NCBI GenBank assembly: GCA_963768055.1
Contig: CAVYGN010000002.1
Span: 544,001 to 608,000 of the forward strand
Direction of reading: 5' to 3'
Length of the DNA stretch: 64,000 nt
From: an uncultured Spirochaetota bacterium
GTDB lineage: Bacteria; Spirochaetota; Brevinematia; Brevinematales; JAOACQ01
Under the pieces are notes generated by a model. That model saw only the letters and a list, made by a program, of their open reading frames with translations. It searched no databases and had not been told where the DNA came from. The position numbers were made by a program, and so were the translations under genes. How positions within the stretch are numbered: position 1 is the stretch's first letter; every line of letters begins with the position of its first letter. Positions 39,248-49,096 of the stretch are shown piece after piece.

Positions 39248-39925
39248 TTATATCAATAGGCTTATTATATCATCTATATCTTTGAAGTTGTTAAAAAGAA
39301 AGTTGGGTCTGAACATGGCAAGTTGATCGCAATTCATCCTTCCTGTCGCTACGGCCAGTGAGATTGCCCCGTTTTTTAAAGCGCATTCAATGTCCCTGGG
39401 TGAATCGCCTATTATTATTACCTTATCGAAAGTGTACAATCCGTAATGTTTTTTCATCCTATCAAGGGCGGGGTTAAAAAGCGCACACCTGTTCCTCGCA
39501 TCGTTGCCGAAACCTCCCACTCCGTAAGGAAAAAATCTTTCAAACCCTGCGATCTTCAACTTTATAAAAGCCGTCTCCTTAACATTGCCGGTAAGAAGAC
39601 CCAAACAACATCCGTGAAGGGCCTCCAGAAGACGGTCCGCGTATCTTATAGGTTCGATCATTTCTTTGTGAGACCAGGCATATTCTTTAAAATAGGAGGT
39701 AAATAACTGAAATATGAGGGGCATGATTTTTATTATATCACCGGTGTAACCGGCCGCTTCAAGGGCGGAAGCGCAGATATCGTAATCCGTCCGCCCGAAC
39801 CAGTCGATAAGGCTGAGATCTATCCCAAGGCCGGAGGCCTCCCTGACAGCTTTTTCAAAGGCAGGACGGCCTACCCCATGCGAATTCAGCAGTGTTCCAT
39901 CGATATCGAAAAGAATGGCGTTCAT
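39248..39925 (-). CDS. HAD-family hydrolase
   Basis: LFDIDGTL, LLTGN, IIGDSPRD. Confidence 0.9.
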   Translation of the reverse strand: MNAILFDIDGTLLNSHGVGRPAFEKAVREASGLGIDLSLIDWFGRTDYDICASALEAAGYTGDIIKIMPLIFQLFTSYFKEYAWSHKEMIEPIRYADRLLEALHGCCLGLLTGNVKETAFIKLKIAGFERFFPYGVGGFGNDARNRCALFNPALDRMKKHYGLYTFDKVIIIGDSPRDIECALKNGAISLAVATGRMNCDQLAMFRPNFLFNNFKDIDDIISLLI

Positions 39926-40143
39926 CGTTTTACCTTAATTAATTTAGCGAAAATTAGCGTTGCTTCGAGGAAGATTTTTTGAACTGTTAAGGTTATCCGC
40001 TAAGGCACGCTAATAAAAACAAAATTAAGTCTTATAAGTATTATATATAATTATATAACAATTACCCCCATTCTTCCAGAATTGAAAACAATTCCAAAAA
40101 GTGATATACTATCATTCTTTGCACTTCGAAAGAGGAGGCTATT

Positions 40144-41571
40144 ATGGAACTTGGTCTTGAAAAACCTCTTTATAGATCGGCGACAGGAAGGCTGCGCTCT
40201 GTACCGGATGTTTATAAACTCTCGGATGTGGCAGAAGGGCAGTATTATCGCAATATCTTTCCATACTATGAAATACCCAAGATCCCGTTTAACGAAAGAT
40301 TTGTACCTATGCAGACACCAAAGGATGTATGGATCACGGACACATCTTTCAGGGACGGCCAGCAGGCCCGCCCCCCATACGAGGTTGGCCATATTGTCCA
40401 GATTTTCAAATATCTAAGTGAACTCGGCGGAGAGAACGGAATGATCCGCCAGACGGAATTTTTTATATACAGCAAGAGGGACAGGGATGCTTTAGAAAAA
40501 TGCATGGCGCTCGATTATAAATATCCGGAGGTAACTACCTGGGTCAGGGCGAGCAAATCCGACTGGGAGCTTGTAAAAAAAATCGGTGTAAAGGAAACCG
40601 GAATTTTGACCTCCGTATCCGATTATCATATCTTTAAAAAAATGAAGCTTACACGCAGGCAGGTCCTGGATCAATACCTCGGCATTGTAAAGGATGCCCT
40701 GAACGCGGGCATACTCCCGCGCTGTCATTTTGAGGATATTACAAGGGCCGATTTTTATGGCTTTGTGGTACCTTTCGCCGCCGAACTTATGAAGCTTTCC
40801 CAGGACTCGAAAATGCCGATTAAAATTCGCGCCTGCGATACTCTGGGGCTTGGTGTGAACTATCCCGGTACGGCTCTTCCCCGGACCGTTCAGGGAATAA
40901 TTTATGCTCTTAAAGAATACGCAGGCGTTCCTTCGGAACAGCTTGAATGGCATGGGCATAACGACTTTTACAAGGCGACTGTAAACGCGGCTACTGCCTG
41001 GCTTTACGGTTGCTGTGCCGTCAACACTACTGTTCTCGGTTTCGGAGAGAGGACCGGTAATACTCCCCTGGAAGCTATGGCCATCGAATACGCCCAGCTT
41101 TTCGGCAGTACTAACGGGATGGACCTTTCAGTTATTACAAAAATACGGAATTTTCTGGAAGCGCATACCAACACAATAATACCCGCTAATATGCCCTTTG
41201 TCGGAAAAGATTTCAATACGACTAAAGCCGGCATTCATGCAGATGGTTTATTGAAAGACGAAGAAATATATAATATATTCGATACAAAAAAAATCCTCGG
41301 CAGGCCCCCAGAGGTCACAATTACCGATAAAACAGGGACGGCGGGCATTTGTAAATGGATCAATATTTATTTCAACCTCGGAAAGCCCGAAGAGATCCAG
41401 AAAGACAATCCGGCTGTAAAAGACATATACTCCTGGGTGCAAAAAGAATATGAAGATGGAAGAATAACCCCGATTTCAGATGAAGAACTTATAGAAAAGG
41501 TTAAAATGCATTTTCCGGAAATTTATAAAGAGAAGGTTGTAAGAAACAGCATAGTCACGATCAAGACATAA
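40144..41571 (+). CDS. Re-citrate synthase (DRE-TIM metallolyase family)
   Basis: IFPYYEIPKI, WITDTSFRDGQQAR, RQTEFF, KETGIL.S.SDYHIF, PRCHFEDITRAD, EWHGHNDF; matches the clostridial Re-citrate synthase pattern; no LeuA regulatory domain. Confidence 0.8.
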   Translation: MELGLEKPLYRSATGRLRSVPDVYKLSDVAEGQYYRNIFPYYEIPKIPFNERFVPMQTPKDVWITDTSFRDGQQARPPYEVGHIVQIFKYLSELGGENGMIRQTEFFIYSKRDRDALEKCMALDYKYPEVTTWVRASKSDWELVKKIGVKETGILTSVSDYHIFKKMKLTRRQVLDQYLGIVKDALNAGILPRCHFEDITRADFYGFVVPFAAELMKLSQDSKMPIKIRACDTLGLGVNYPGTALPRTVQGIIYALKEYAGVPSEQLEWHGHNDFYKATVNAATAWLYGCCAVNTTVLGFGERTGNTPLEAMAIEYAQLFGSTNGMDLSVITKIRNFLEAHTNTIIPANMPFVGKDFNTTKAGIHADGLLKDEEIYNIFDTKKILGRPPEVTITDKTGTAGICKWINIYFNLGKPEEIQKDNPAVKDIYSWVQKEYEDGRITPISDEELIEKVKMHFPEIYKEKVVRNSIVTIKT

Positions 41572-41576
41572 AGAAC

Positions 41577-42302
41577 CTATTTAGCTCCGGCTTCTTTCAA
41601 GGCTTTAACCGCTTCATCCCTTCCGTAGTTAGTCGCCAGTATTAAAGCTGTTTTTCCGTTATTATCGGTTTTATTGATATCAGCCTTCGCTTCGATCAAT
41701 GCTTTAACTGTGTCGGCGTGCCCCCATTGGGCCGCAAACATTAAGGCCGTTGAACCCGTATCATTCACGGTATTGACGCTTGCCTTAGATTTGATCAATA
41801 ATTTAACGGCGTCAGTCCGCCCCAACCTTGCCGCATTCATCATAACCGTCGTACCGCCTTCATCCCTGCCGTTGACATCGCCCTTTGATTCAATCAATAA
41901 TTCGAGCGTGTCCAGGTTTCCACTTATGACCGCCCACATCAAAACCGTATTGCTATCTTTATCTACCGCGTTAACGAACGCTTTTGCATCAATCAAAGCC
42001 TTCACGGTTTCAGTGTGGCCTAATTCTGCCGCCCACATCAAAGCTGTCTTGCCATCCAAATCCCTGGCTTCGACATCAGCTCCATCCTGTATCAAAGCTT
42101 TTACAAAATCCGTTTGACCATTTTCAGCCGCGACAATTAAAGCGGTCTTTCCGTTTTTGACCCTGGCGTTGATATCGCCTTTAAAAGTCTTAATTGATGC
42201 GACATCCCCTTTAACGGCAGCATCGGCTATATGGCTTTCGCATGAATTAATCAGGGCATATGCGGGCATTGAGATCAAAATAAAAATCAAAAACTTTTTC
42301 AT
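41577..42302 (-). CDS. Exported ankyrin-repeat protein
   Basis: Six to seven 33-aa G.TAL..AA repeats. Confidence 0.93.
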   Translation of the reverse strand: MKKFLIFILISMPAYALINSCESHIADAAVKGDVASIKTFKGDINARVKNGKTALIVAAENGQTDFVKALIQDGADVEARDLDGKTALMWAAELGHTETVKALIDAKAFVNAVDKDSNTVLMWAVISGNLDTLELLIESKGDVNGRDEGGTTVMMNAARLGRTDAVKLLIKSKASVNTVNDTGSTALMFAAQWGHADTVKALIEAKADINKTDNNGKTALILATNYGRDEAVKALKEAGAK

Positions 42303-42328
42303 CAGGTATAAACCTCCATTTTAAAGAA

Positions 42329-43030
42329 CTATTCTAAGGGAAACTTAGGCAGGTACGAATAGGGGTAAACCGGATTATGGATAGGATAACCATCCCCGCC
42401 AAGATAATCTGCAAGTTTGCCGTTTATATAGAAAGCCACTGCCTTTACTTTACTAAATTGGGTCGCGGTATAAACTATCTGGTAAACCTGGAGCTTATAC
42501 CCGATAACTCCGCTTGAATTGTATGAAAAGTCATCGCTAAGGTCTATTAATGCAATCCCATCCCTGATCGTAACTTTCCTTATTCTTGTTTTCAGCGGTA
42601 CAAGATTGATCAAGTTATCATCGTTATAGCCGACAAGCAATTGCAAAGTATCTTTCAACATGGATTGGGTCCTCGGCATCAGAACTGTCTTTTCAACAAG
42701 ACTTAATTCTTTATCGCCGCGTTTAGCGAGATAGATTTTAACCTTTATATACTGTTCGTTTGTGTTCATCTGGCTGGAAGAGGACCCGGCTTCATTTGAA
42801 ACCGAAGACAAAGACATCGAAGCGCTTCCCTGCGATCGGGGCTGAACGGGAAATAAATTTGTCAAATTAAACGAATTATTCTGGGTATTAGTTTGAGGAT
42901 TTTTTTGCGAAAAGGGCAGGTTTTTAAAAGTATTGGAATAACCGATAAAAAAAGCTATAACCGCCGCGGTAATTATCCATACAAGCGGGGCATATTTACC
43001 GCTCTTTCTTCTTCTTTTATTTTGAGGCAT
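42329..43030 (-). CDS. GerMN-domain protein
   Basis: TM anchor; IDLSDDF...QIVYTATQFSKVKAV.F.ING. Confidence 0.85.
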   Translation of the reverse strand: MPQNKRRRKSGKYAPLVWIITAAVIAFFIGYSNTFKNLPFSQKNPQTNTQNNSFNLTNLFPVQPRSQGSASMSLSSVSNEAGSSSSQMNTNEQYIKVKIYLAKRGDKELSLVEKTVLMPRTQSMLKDTLQLLVGYNDDNLINLVPLKTRIRKVTIRDGIALIDLSDDFSYNSSGVIGYKLQVYQIVYTATQFSKVKAVAFYINGKLADYLGGDGYPIHNPVYPYSYLPKFPLE

Positions 43031-43042
43031 TAAATAGACTCT

Positions 43043-43510
43043 TTATGATATTTCTTCTTCCTTCTTCATAAGAAGATTATAAACATCCATGGAATTCTTA
43101 ACACCTGAAATCGACATGCCTATATCTGTTTTTTCATATATTTCCGCTATTATTCTGAGGACTTCAAGCTGTTCATGCGGACTGTAATCTTCTGAGGTCA
43201 CAGCGGCAAAAAAAAGATGGGATAATTTTTTATCGTATGCTTCAAAATCCTTCCCTTTTTCATCATATATTACGACAAGATGCATTCCATTTACTCTTGC
43301 GCTCCTGCCATGCGGAATAGCCAGCCCGTTCCCCAGGCCTGTCGAACCCTTCTTCTCCCTCTCTGAAATAGCTTTATATGCGTCCTTTTTATCGATCGAT
43401 GTATGGGCTGCCGAAATAAAATCCGCTATTTCCTGAAGGAGCTCATCCTTTGTTTTTCCATTCAAGTTTAATTTAACAAATTCAGGTTTTAATAACTCTG
43501 ACAATCTCAT
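43043..43510 (-). CDS. PTS IIA (fructose/nitrogen-type) domain protein
   Basis: ERE..GSTGLGNGLAIPHGR. Confidence 0.9.
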   Translation of the reverse strand: MRLSELLKPEFVKLNLNGKTKDELLQEIADFISAAHTSIDKKDAYKAISEREKKGSTGLGNGLAIPHGRSARVNGMHLVVIYDEKGKDFEAYDKKLSHLFFAAVTSEDYSPHEQLEVLRIIAEIYEKTDIGMSISGVKNSMDVYNLLMKKEEEIS

Positions 43511-43604
43511 AATCAACCCTCCTTTACAGGGGAAAAGGTTTTATTTCGAAAATAATCCTTATTATAAAGAAATAAAACTCAAATAACAAATTTTTTGCCT
43601 ACAT

Positions 43605-43700
43605 TACTTCAGTCGGCAGTCAAAAGTCCATACTCATTATATCATTCATTGAGTTTTGATTATACTATTGACATTCGACTTTCAACTGTTGACTAAAGTA
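43605..43700. repeat. Inverted array of heptamer repeats
   Basis: AGTCGGC AGTCAAA AGTCCAT ... TATTGAC ATTCGAC TTTCAAC TGTTGAC. Confidence 0.6.
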
Positions 43701-45434
43701 TTATATCCCATTATCAATTTTTAAATTAACCCCAATAGGCTCATTTCCATAATAATCAAAAAAGTCTTTCATGGTGTGAAGATGCTTAATATTATGAGAT
43801 AACATCCTCTGGATAAGCGATGAATTATATTTTTCATTTAAAAAATCATTTATATATCGGATTGGAATACGCTCCTTCTTGCAGAAATCCTCAATCTTTT
43901 TCCTCAGTTCGCTTTCAAATACCAGAAATGTATGGGGTTCCACCTCGATCACCTCATTCATGAAGTGGTCCTTTATCTTCGAAGAAAAATGAGCGCTGAC
44001 CTGAATGATCTTATAATTATTCATGTTTTCAAGAGAAAGGCTGTTAATAAAACTTTTTATACCTTCACTTACTATGTCGGGCACAGGATGCCGGGAATAG
44101 GAATTTAAAAATTCAAGGATTTCATCTTTTTTTATACCGTAAGCAAAGGACCTGTATATGGACTCCTTGGTTATTCGAAATATGGATATTGTCTGGATTG
44201 TAAGAGGCTCTGCGATCAGCGCAAGGCGGAATATGATATCCGGACGGACATAAGGCTCAACAATTATTTCGAAATTGGTCTCCACTACAAATTTATCATC
44301 CATAAATTGGTCGGTGAAATCCTTATTATTAAGAAGAGAGGCCTGAGGTTCGTTCATTATAATATAATCCGTCGCTATTGATATCACATCGGGATATTGC
44401 CGGTGTAATACTACAATATTTTCAGATTCCAGGTTTTTAACAAAAAACATGAATTTAAGTTCTTCCTGTTTAAGCATAAACCTGAGATTTTTAGGTTCAT
44501 TCTTTAAGGAGATATAAATCTCATTATTTAAATAATGGAAGAAGAGTTCGCGCAGCGGCATTCCGGTTTTCTGATGAAAAGTTTGAACAGCCAGTATTTT
44601 CAATGTCATAAATGCGCTTTTTCTGAAATCGAATTTATTCATGAATTCGTAAAGGAAAATAATAAAAAGCTGTTCATTAATGGAAAGGCTTATTATAGCG
44701 TCAAACAGCGATTTGTTTATAATAATCCTGTTGTTGAATTTTTGAAAAAAGCCGAAACGCGTAAGCTTTTTAATTACATGTTCCAGGTATTCTCTTTCAG
44801 CAAAATCAGAAAAAAATTCAAGCATTTTTGAGAGATCTATTTTATGGATCTCATTATTTTCAGAACTTCTGGGTGAAAAAGTAACAACATATGAAATCAA
44901 ACCGGCTATCAAGGGAATATACTGGCGGCTTAAAAGGTCCCTTGAAATAATAGGGCAGTCTTCCTCTCCGAAAATCTCGTCTTTTTTCACTGCGTTGGTA
45001 ATGTTTCTTAAAAATACCGGCGGAGAGAAAAAAAAGTTGTAATTTTTCAATCTTTCAAACTTGAAGAGGAGATATTTTTTAAATAGAGATTCAACTGCTT
45101 TTCCCAGTTCTTCGTAATCGTAATGAAAAATTTTGGAGATTATTTTAAGGTTAGATTCGATATTTTCATATACGATCCATCCGAAGCCGCTTTTCATTAT
45201 ATAAAGAAGTAGCTTCTCATATTTATTGAGCCCCGAATATATTTTCGGAGCGTTCTTCGAAAGAAATACGGAGACCTCTGCAAGCCTTCTTGTGTTTTCC
45301 ACACTATCGAAAGATAATTCGCTATCCGTGTTAAAAAAGTAATCGTATATTTTTTTGACAAGCATCGGCTCTTCTTTGATAAGCCAGTCCGATACCGACT
45401 TGCTCGACAATACACTGGATTGCCCCTGGAACAT
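43701..45434 (-). CDS. XPB-associated protein with helicase-associated domain
   Basis: VVETNFEIIV...FRITKESIYRS...I..FL..YSRHPVP; adjacent to XPB. Confidence 0.75.
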   Translation of the reverse strand: MFQGQSSVLSSKSVSDWLIKEEPMLVKKIYDYFFNTDSELSFDSVENTRRLAEVSVFLSKNAPKIYSGLNKYEKLLLYIMKSGFGWIVYENIESNLKIISKIFHYDYEELGKAVESLFKKYLLFKFERLKNYNFFFSPPVFLRNITNAVKKDEIFGEEDCPIISRDLLSRQYIPLIAGLISYVVTFSPRSSENNEIHKIDLSKMLEFFSDFAEREYLEHVIKKLTRFGFFQKFNNRIIINKSLFDAIISLSINEQLFIIFLYEFMNKFDFRKSAFMTLKILAVQTFHQKTGMPLRELFFHYLNNEIYISLKNEPKNLRFMLKQEELKFMFFVKNLESENIVVLHRQYPDVISIATDYIIMNEPQASLLNNKDFTDQFMDDKFVVETNFEIIVEPYVRPDIIFRLALIAEPLTIQTISIFRITKESIYRSFAYGIKKDEILEFLNSYSRHPVPDIVSEGIKSFINSLSLENMNNYKIIQVSAHFSSKIKDHFMNEVIEVEPHTFLVFESELRKKIEDFCKKERIPIRYINDFLNEKYNSSLIQRMLSHNIKHLHTMKDFFDYYGNEPIGVNLKIDNGI

Positions 45435-45445
45435 TTACTCCCCCT

Positions 45446-47134
45446 TTAATGTGCAGCCATTGCTTTGAAATTGGCAATATAATCTTTTTCGTTTGGATAT
45501 ATGATATTGTACTGGTATCCTTGCTCAAGCAGAAATAACTGCCTTTTTTTTGCAAATTCTTCTTCAATCGTATCTTTTGATACGAGCGTATAGAAATAAG
45601 ATTTGCCGGATTGCGGCCTCAGTATCCTACCCAATCTTTGAGCTTCTTCCTGCCTGGACCCGAATATTCCTGATACCTGAATGGCCACATCTGCTACAGG
45701 AAGATCTATTGAAAAATTACCAACCCTGGAAATAGCCAGGGCCGTGATATTTCCTTTTCTGAATTCCCTGTACATTATTTCCCTTTCCTGATTGGAGGTT
45801 TCACCCGTAATCAAAGGGATATTAAGCATATGTGAAATTTCTTCAAGCTGGGTAATATAATGGCCTATTATCAAGACATGATTATATTTGAATTTATCCA
45901 CCAGTTTTTTAACAATGCCATATTTATGAGTATTTTCCGATGCAATACGAAATTTATATCTCTGGTTAGAATTAAGGTATTCATTGTATTCTTTTTCACC
46001 TAAAGGAACCTTGATCTCGAAACAAATGGCCTGAGCTATCCAGCCCTCTTTTTCAAGAGCTTTCCATGGATACTCATATATTTTAGGACCTATAAGAGTG
46101 AATACTTCGCTCTCAAGGTTGTCCTCGCGGACAAGAGTGGCTGTTAATCCCAGCCTTCTTTTGGATTGAATGACTGTAGTCATCCGGAAAATAGGGGCCG
46201 GAAGAATATGGACCTCATCATAAATAATAAGGCCCCAGTTTTTATCGGTAAATATGTTTATATTTCGCATCTCTTCGCTTTTATTGTTTTTATGTATTAA
46301 CATATTATATGTCGTAATCGTTATAGGTTTGATATCTTTTACCTGGGCTGTGAATTCTCCAACCTCATCTCCCGTCAGGTTCGTTTTATCCAGGATTTCT
46401 CTTTTCCATTGTCTGATAGCTTCCACGCTTGTTGTAATAATGAGGGTATATTCGCCGATATCTCTCATGATACCGATTCCTACAATTGTTTTCCCGGCCC
46501 CGCAGGGGAGCACAATAATGCCGCTCCCTTCCCGCCATTTGGAAAAACTATATACGGCTTCAGACTGATAATATCTTAATGCAAAATCTTTTTCCTCAAG
46601 GCTGATTTTCCTGAAATCCATGTCTATTTTATTCCCGCTTTCAAATCCCGCAATATCCTTAACAGGGATCAAATGCTTTATCAATTCAGTTTTAATAGTT
46701 CCGCGCCATCTTTTTTCGACAATAAACTCGGAACTATTCTTTTCTTCAACAATGTACTTTTCAATCAGAGATTTTACTTTATCGGTCAACTTCTGGTCTT
46801 CGACACGGATTGCCATCATCGGATCTTCGGCTCTTCCAAAAATCACCTTTCCATAAATGGAAAAATGTTTCTTTATATACTCTACGACATTCTTCGGGAT
46901 ATCATATTTCTTATATATTTCAAGAGTTTCCATGATTTCTTCAAGAGATACTCCGTTAGCCGCAGAATTCCAGAGAGAAATAGGCGTTATCCTGTAAAAA
47001 TGAATGTGTTCGGGAGTTTTGATCAATTCGGAGAAATTAACAAGCCTCTTCCTGACCTCTTCGAACCTGGGATGATGGGCATCGAGCAATATAGATTTAT
47101 CTGATTGTATAGTTATTACCTTGTTATCTTCCAT
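45446..47134 (-). CDS. XPB/Ssl2/Rad25-like DNA helicase
   Basis: KTPEHIHFYRITPISLWN, LPCGAGKT, DEVH, GLTATLVRED, QEEAQRLGRILR. Confidence 0.93.
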   Translation of the reverse strand: MEDNKVITIQSDKSILLDAHHPRFEEVRKRLVNFSELIKTPEHIHFYRITPISLWNSAANGVSLEEIMETLEIYKKYDIPKNVVEYIKKHFSIYGKVIFGRAEDPMMAIRVEDQKLTDKVKSLIEKYIVEEKNSSEFIVEKRWRGTIKTELIKHLIPVKDIAGFESGNKIDMDFRKISLEEKDFALRYYQSEAVYSFSKWREGSGIIVLPCGAGKTIVGIGIMRDIGEYTLIITTSVEAIRQWKREILDKTNLTGDEVGEFTAQVKDIKPITITTYNMLIHKNNKSEEMRNINIFTDKNWGLIIYDEVHILPAPIFRMTTVIQSKRRLGLTATLVREDNLESEVFTLIGPKIYEYPWKALEKEGWIAQAICFEIKVPLGEKEYNEYLNSNQRYKFRIASENTHKYGIVKKLVDKFKYNHVLIIGHYITQLEEISHMLNIPLITGETSNQEREIMYREFRKGNITALAISRVGNFSIDLPVADVAIQVSGIFGSRQEEAQRLGRILRPQSGKSYFYTLVSKDTIEEEFAKKRQLFLLEQGYQYNIIYPNEKDYIANFKAMAAH

Positions 47135-47276
47135 AACCCCTCTCATGGACCACTGGAAAAAGATATTTATTTTAAAAGGAAGACAACTATTCGTCAAATG
47201 AAAATCATGTCTTTGTTTTTCCCTCTATGTTTACAACTCTCCATTTATCCTTTATAATGAAATAAGGAGGAAATTA

Positions 47277-48260
47277 ATGAAAATAATAATGCCGATTGCC
47301 GGTATTGGTACAAGGCTTCGACCCCAAACTCATATGATCCCGAAATCATTGATTCGCGTAGCCGGCAAACCGATTATTGGATACATAATGGAACAAATTC
47401 AGAATATAAATTTTTCAGAGATAATTTTTATAATCGGCCATCTAGGGGACCAGATTAAAACTTACCTTCGAACAACGTATCACTTTCAGATGAAATTCAT
47501 CAGACAAACGGATTATATAGGACTTGGCCATGCCATCGACCAGGCTAAAAATGAATTTTCCCAGGATGAATCCGTATTGATAGTATTGGGCGATATCATA
47601 TTTACGTCCGACATAGCAGAAATTGTAGGCTCTACTCATAACATGATAGGTATTATGAAACCGGAAGATCCGAAGAAATACGGCATAGTAACGGTTAATG
47701 AAGAGGGCTATGTGACAAGCATGATCGAAAAACCTGAAAATCCTCCATGCGACCTGGCGATCGGCGGAATATATTATTTTACAAGCGCTTTCAATCTCTT
47801 CAAATCTATAAAATTCCTTATCGATGAAAAAATTAAGACCAGGGATGAGTATCAGCTTACCGACGCAATGAGAATCATGCTTGATAAGGGTGAGAAATTT
47901 AAAACATTTAATATGTCCGAATGGTATGATTGCGGTGAAAAAGAGTCTCTCCTCCAGACAAATAAGGTAATGCTGGAAAGGCATGCAACAAATGATAAAA
48001 TCCCCGGCTGTATTATCAATCCCCCGGTTTTTATCGGCCATGATTCTAAGATTGAAAATTCTATTATAGGCCCATATGTATCCATATCGGAGAATTCCTG
48101 CGTAAAAAACGCTCTGATAACAAATTCCATTTTGGGTATTGAGACGGTTGTTGAAAATACAATACTTGACAGTTCCCTTATCGGCGATAATTCATTTTTA
48201 TCTGAAGCCCCCAAGGAGTTTAATGTCGGTCCTGATTCGGAGATTATATTCACAAAATAG
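47277..48260 (+). CDS. Sugar-phosphate nucleotidyltransferase (glucose-1-phosphate thymidylyltransferase-like)
   Basis: AGIGTRLRP.T...PK, GLGHA, EKP, C-terminal hexapeptide repeats. Confidence 0.9.
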   Translation: MKIIMPIAGIGTRLRPQTHMIPKSLIRVAGKPIIGYIMEQIQNINFSEIIFIIGHLGDQIKTYLRTTYHFQMKFIRQTDYIGLGHAIDQAKNEFSQDESVLIVLGDIIFTSDIAEIVGSTHNMIGIMKPEDPKKYGIVTVNEEGYVTSMIEKPENPPCDLAIGGIYYFTSAFNLFKSIKFLIDEKIKTRDEYQLTDAMRIMLDKGEKFKTFNMSEWYDCGEKESLLQTNKVMLERHATNDKIPGCIINPPVFIGHDSKIENSIIGPYVSISENSCVKNALITNSILGIETVVENTILDSSLIGDNSFLSEAPKEFNVGPDSEIIFTK

Positions 48261-48269
48261 GTCTTTTGA

Positions 48270-49085
48270 ATGATAAATAAAAAAGTCCTGTCCATAGCCG
48301 GTTCCGATCCCTCCGGTGGAGCCGGTATCCAGGCGGATTTAAAGACATTCACATCCCTGGGTGTTTATGGAGGCGCTGTAATAACAAGCCTGACTGTCCA
48401 GAACTCGACAGGGGTAAAGAAAATCGTCTGTCTGGATCCCGATTTTGTAAAGGCGCAACTTATTGCGGTGTTTGAAGATATCGATATATCCTTTATAAAG
48501 ATCGGTATGCTCGGAAATTCATCTATCGCTAAGGCGGTCGGCGAATCTGTCAAAAACAGGTTTTTGATCTGTGATCCTGTATTTTTTTCAAAAGCCGGGA
48601 TGAGCCTTCTTGAAAATGATTCCCTGGAAATTTTTGAGAATTACATTGCTTCAGAAAGTACTGTTTTAACTCCCAATTACAATGAACTCATGATTTTATC
48701 CGGTTCCGGAGAAGATGACCCTGTAAAAGCGGGTGAAGCTGTTCTCAATAAGTTTGGTAAACTTAAAGCCCTGGTACTAAAAGGGGGGCATATAAACATA
48801 AACTCTTCCTCCTCTGTCGATATTCTCCTGTTAAAAGACGGGCTGTCTGTATCCAGGCACGATTTCTCCCATCCCCGTATCAAAACAGACAATACTCATG
48901 GAACGGGCTGCACTTTTTCTTCCGCTCTTACAGCATATCTCGCAATGGGGAAGAGTATAACACAATCTGTTCAATTGGCATCCAATTACGTTCATAAATT
49001 GATAAAACTTGCTTCCGGAATCAAGTTAGGCAAAGGAAACGGGCCGCTCCCTCATTTCATGCTGAATAAAGGCTGCGGCAATTAA
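48270..49085 (+). CDS. thiD: Hydroxymethylpyrimidine/phosphomethylpyrimidine kinase
   Basis: IAGSDPSGGAGIQADLKTF, KIGML, THGTGCTFS. Confidence 0.96.
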   Translation: MINKKVLSIAGSDPSGGAGIQADLKTFTSLGVYGGAVITSLTVQNSTGVKKIVCLDPDFVKAQLIAVFEDIDISFIKIGMLGNSSIAKAVGESVKNRFLICDPVFFSKAGMSLLENDSLEIFENYIASESTVLTPNYNELMILSGSGEDDPVKAGEAVLNKFGKLKALVLKGGHININSSSSVDILLLKDGLSVSRHDFSHPRIKTDNTHGTGCTFSSALTAYLAMGKSITQSVQLASNYVHKLIKLASGIKLGKGNGPLPHFMLNKGCGN

Positions 49086-49096
49086 GGGGGGATAAT

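Noticed and set aside
40144..41571. leuA (2-isopropylmalate synthase)
   Set aside because: The motifs fit Re-citrate synthase better, and there is no LeuA regulatory domain.
43701..47134. XPB helicase pair as a novel defence system
   Set aside because: Bacterial XPB with a helicase-associated partner is a known arrangement, and here it has ordinary composition in a housekeeping context.
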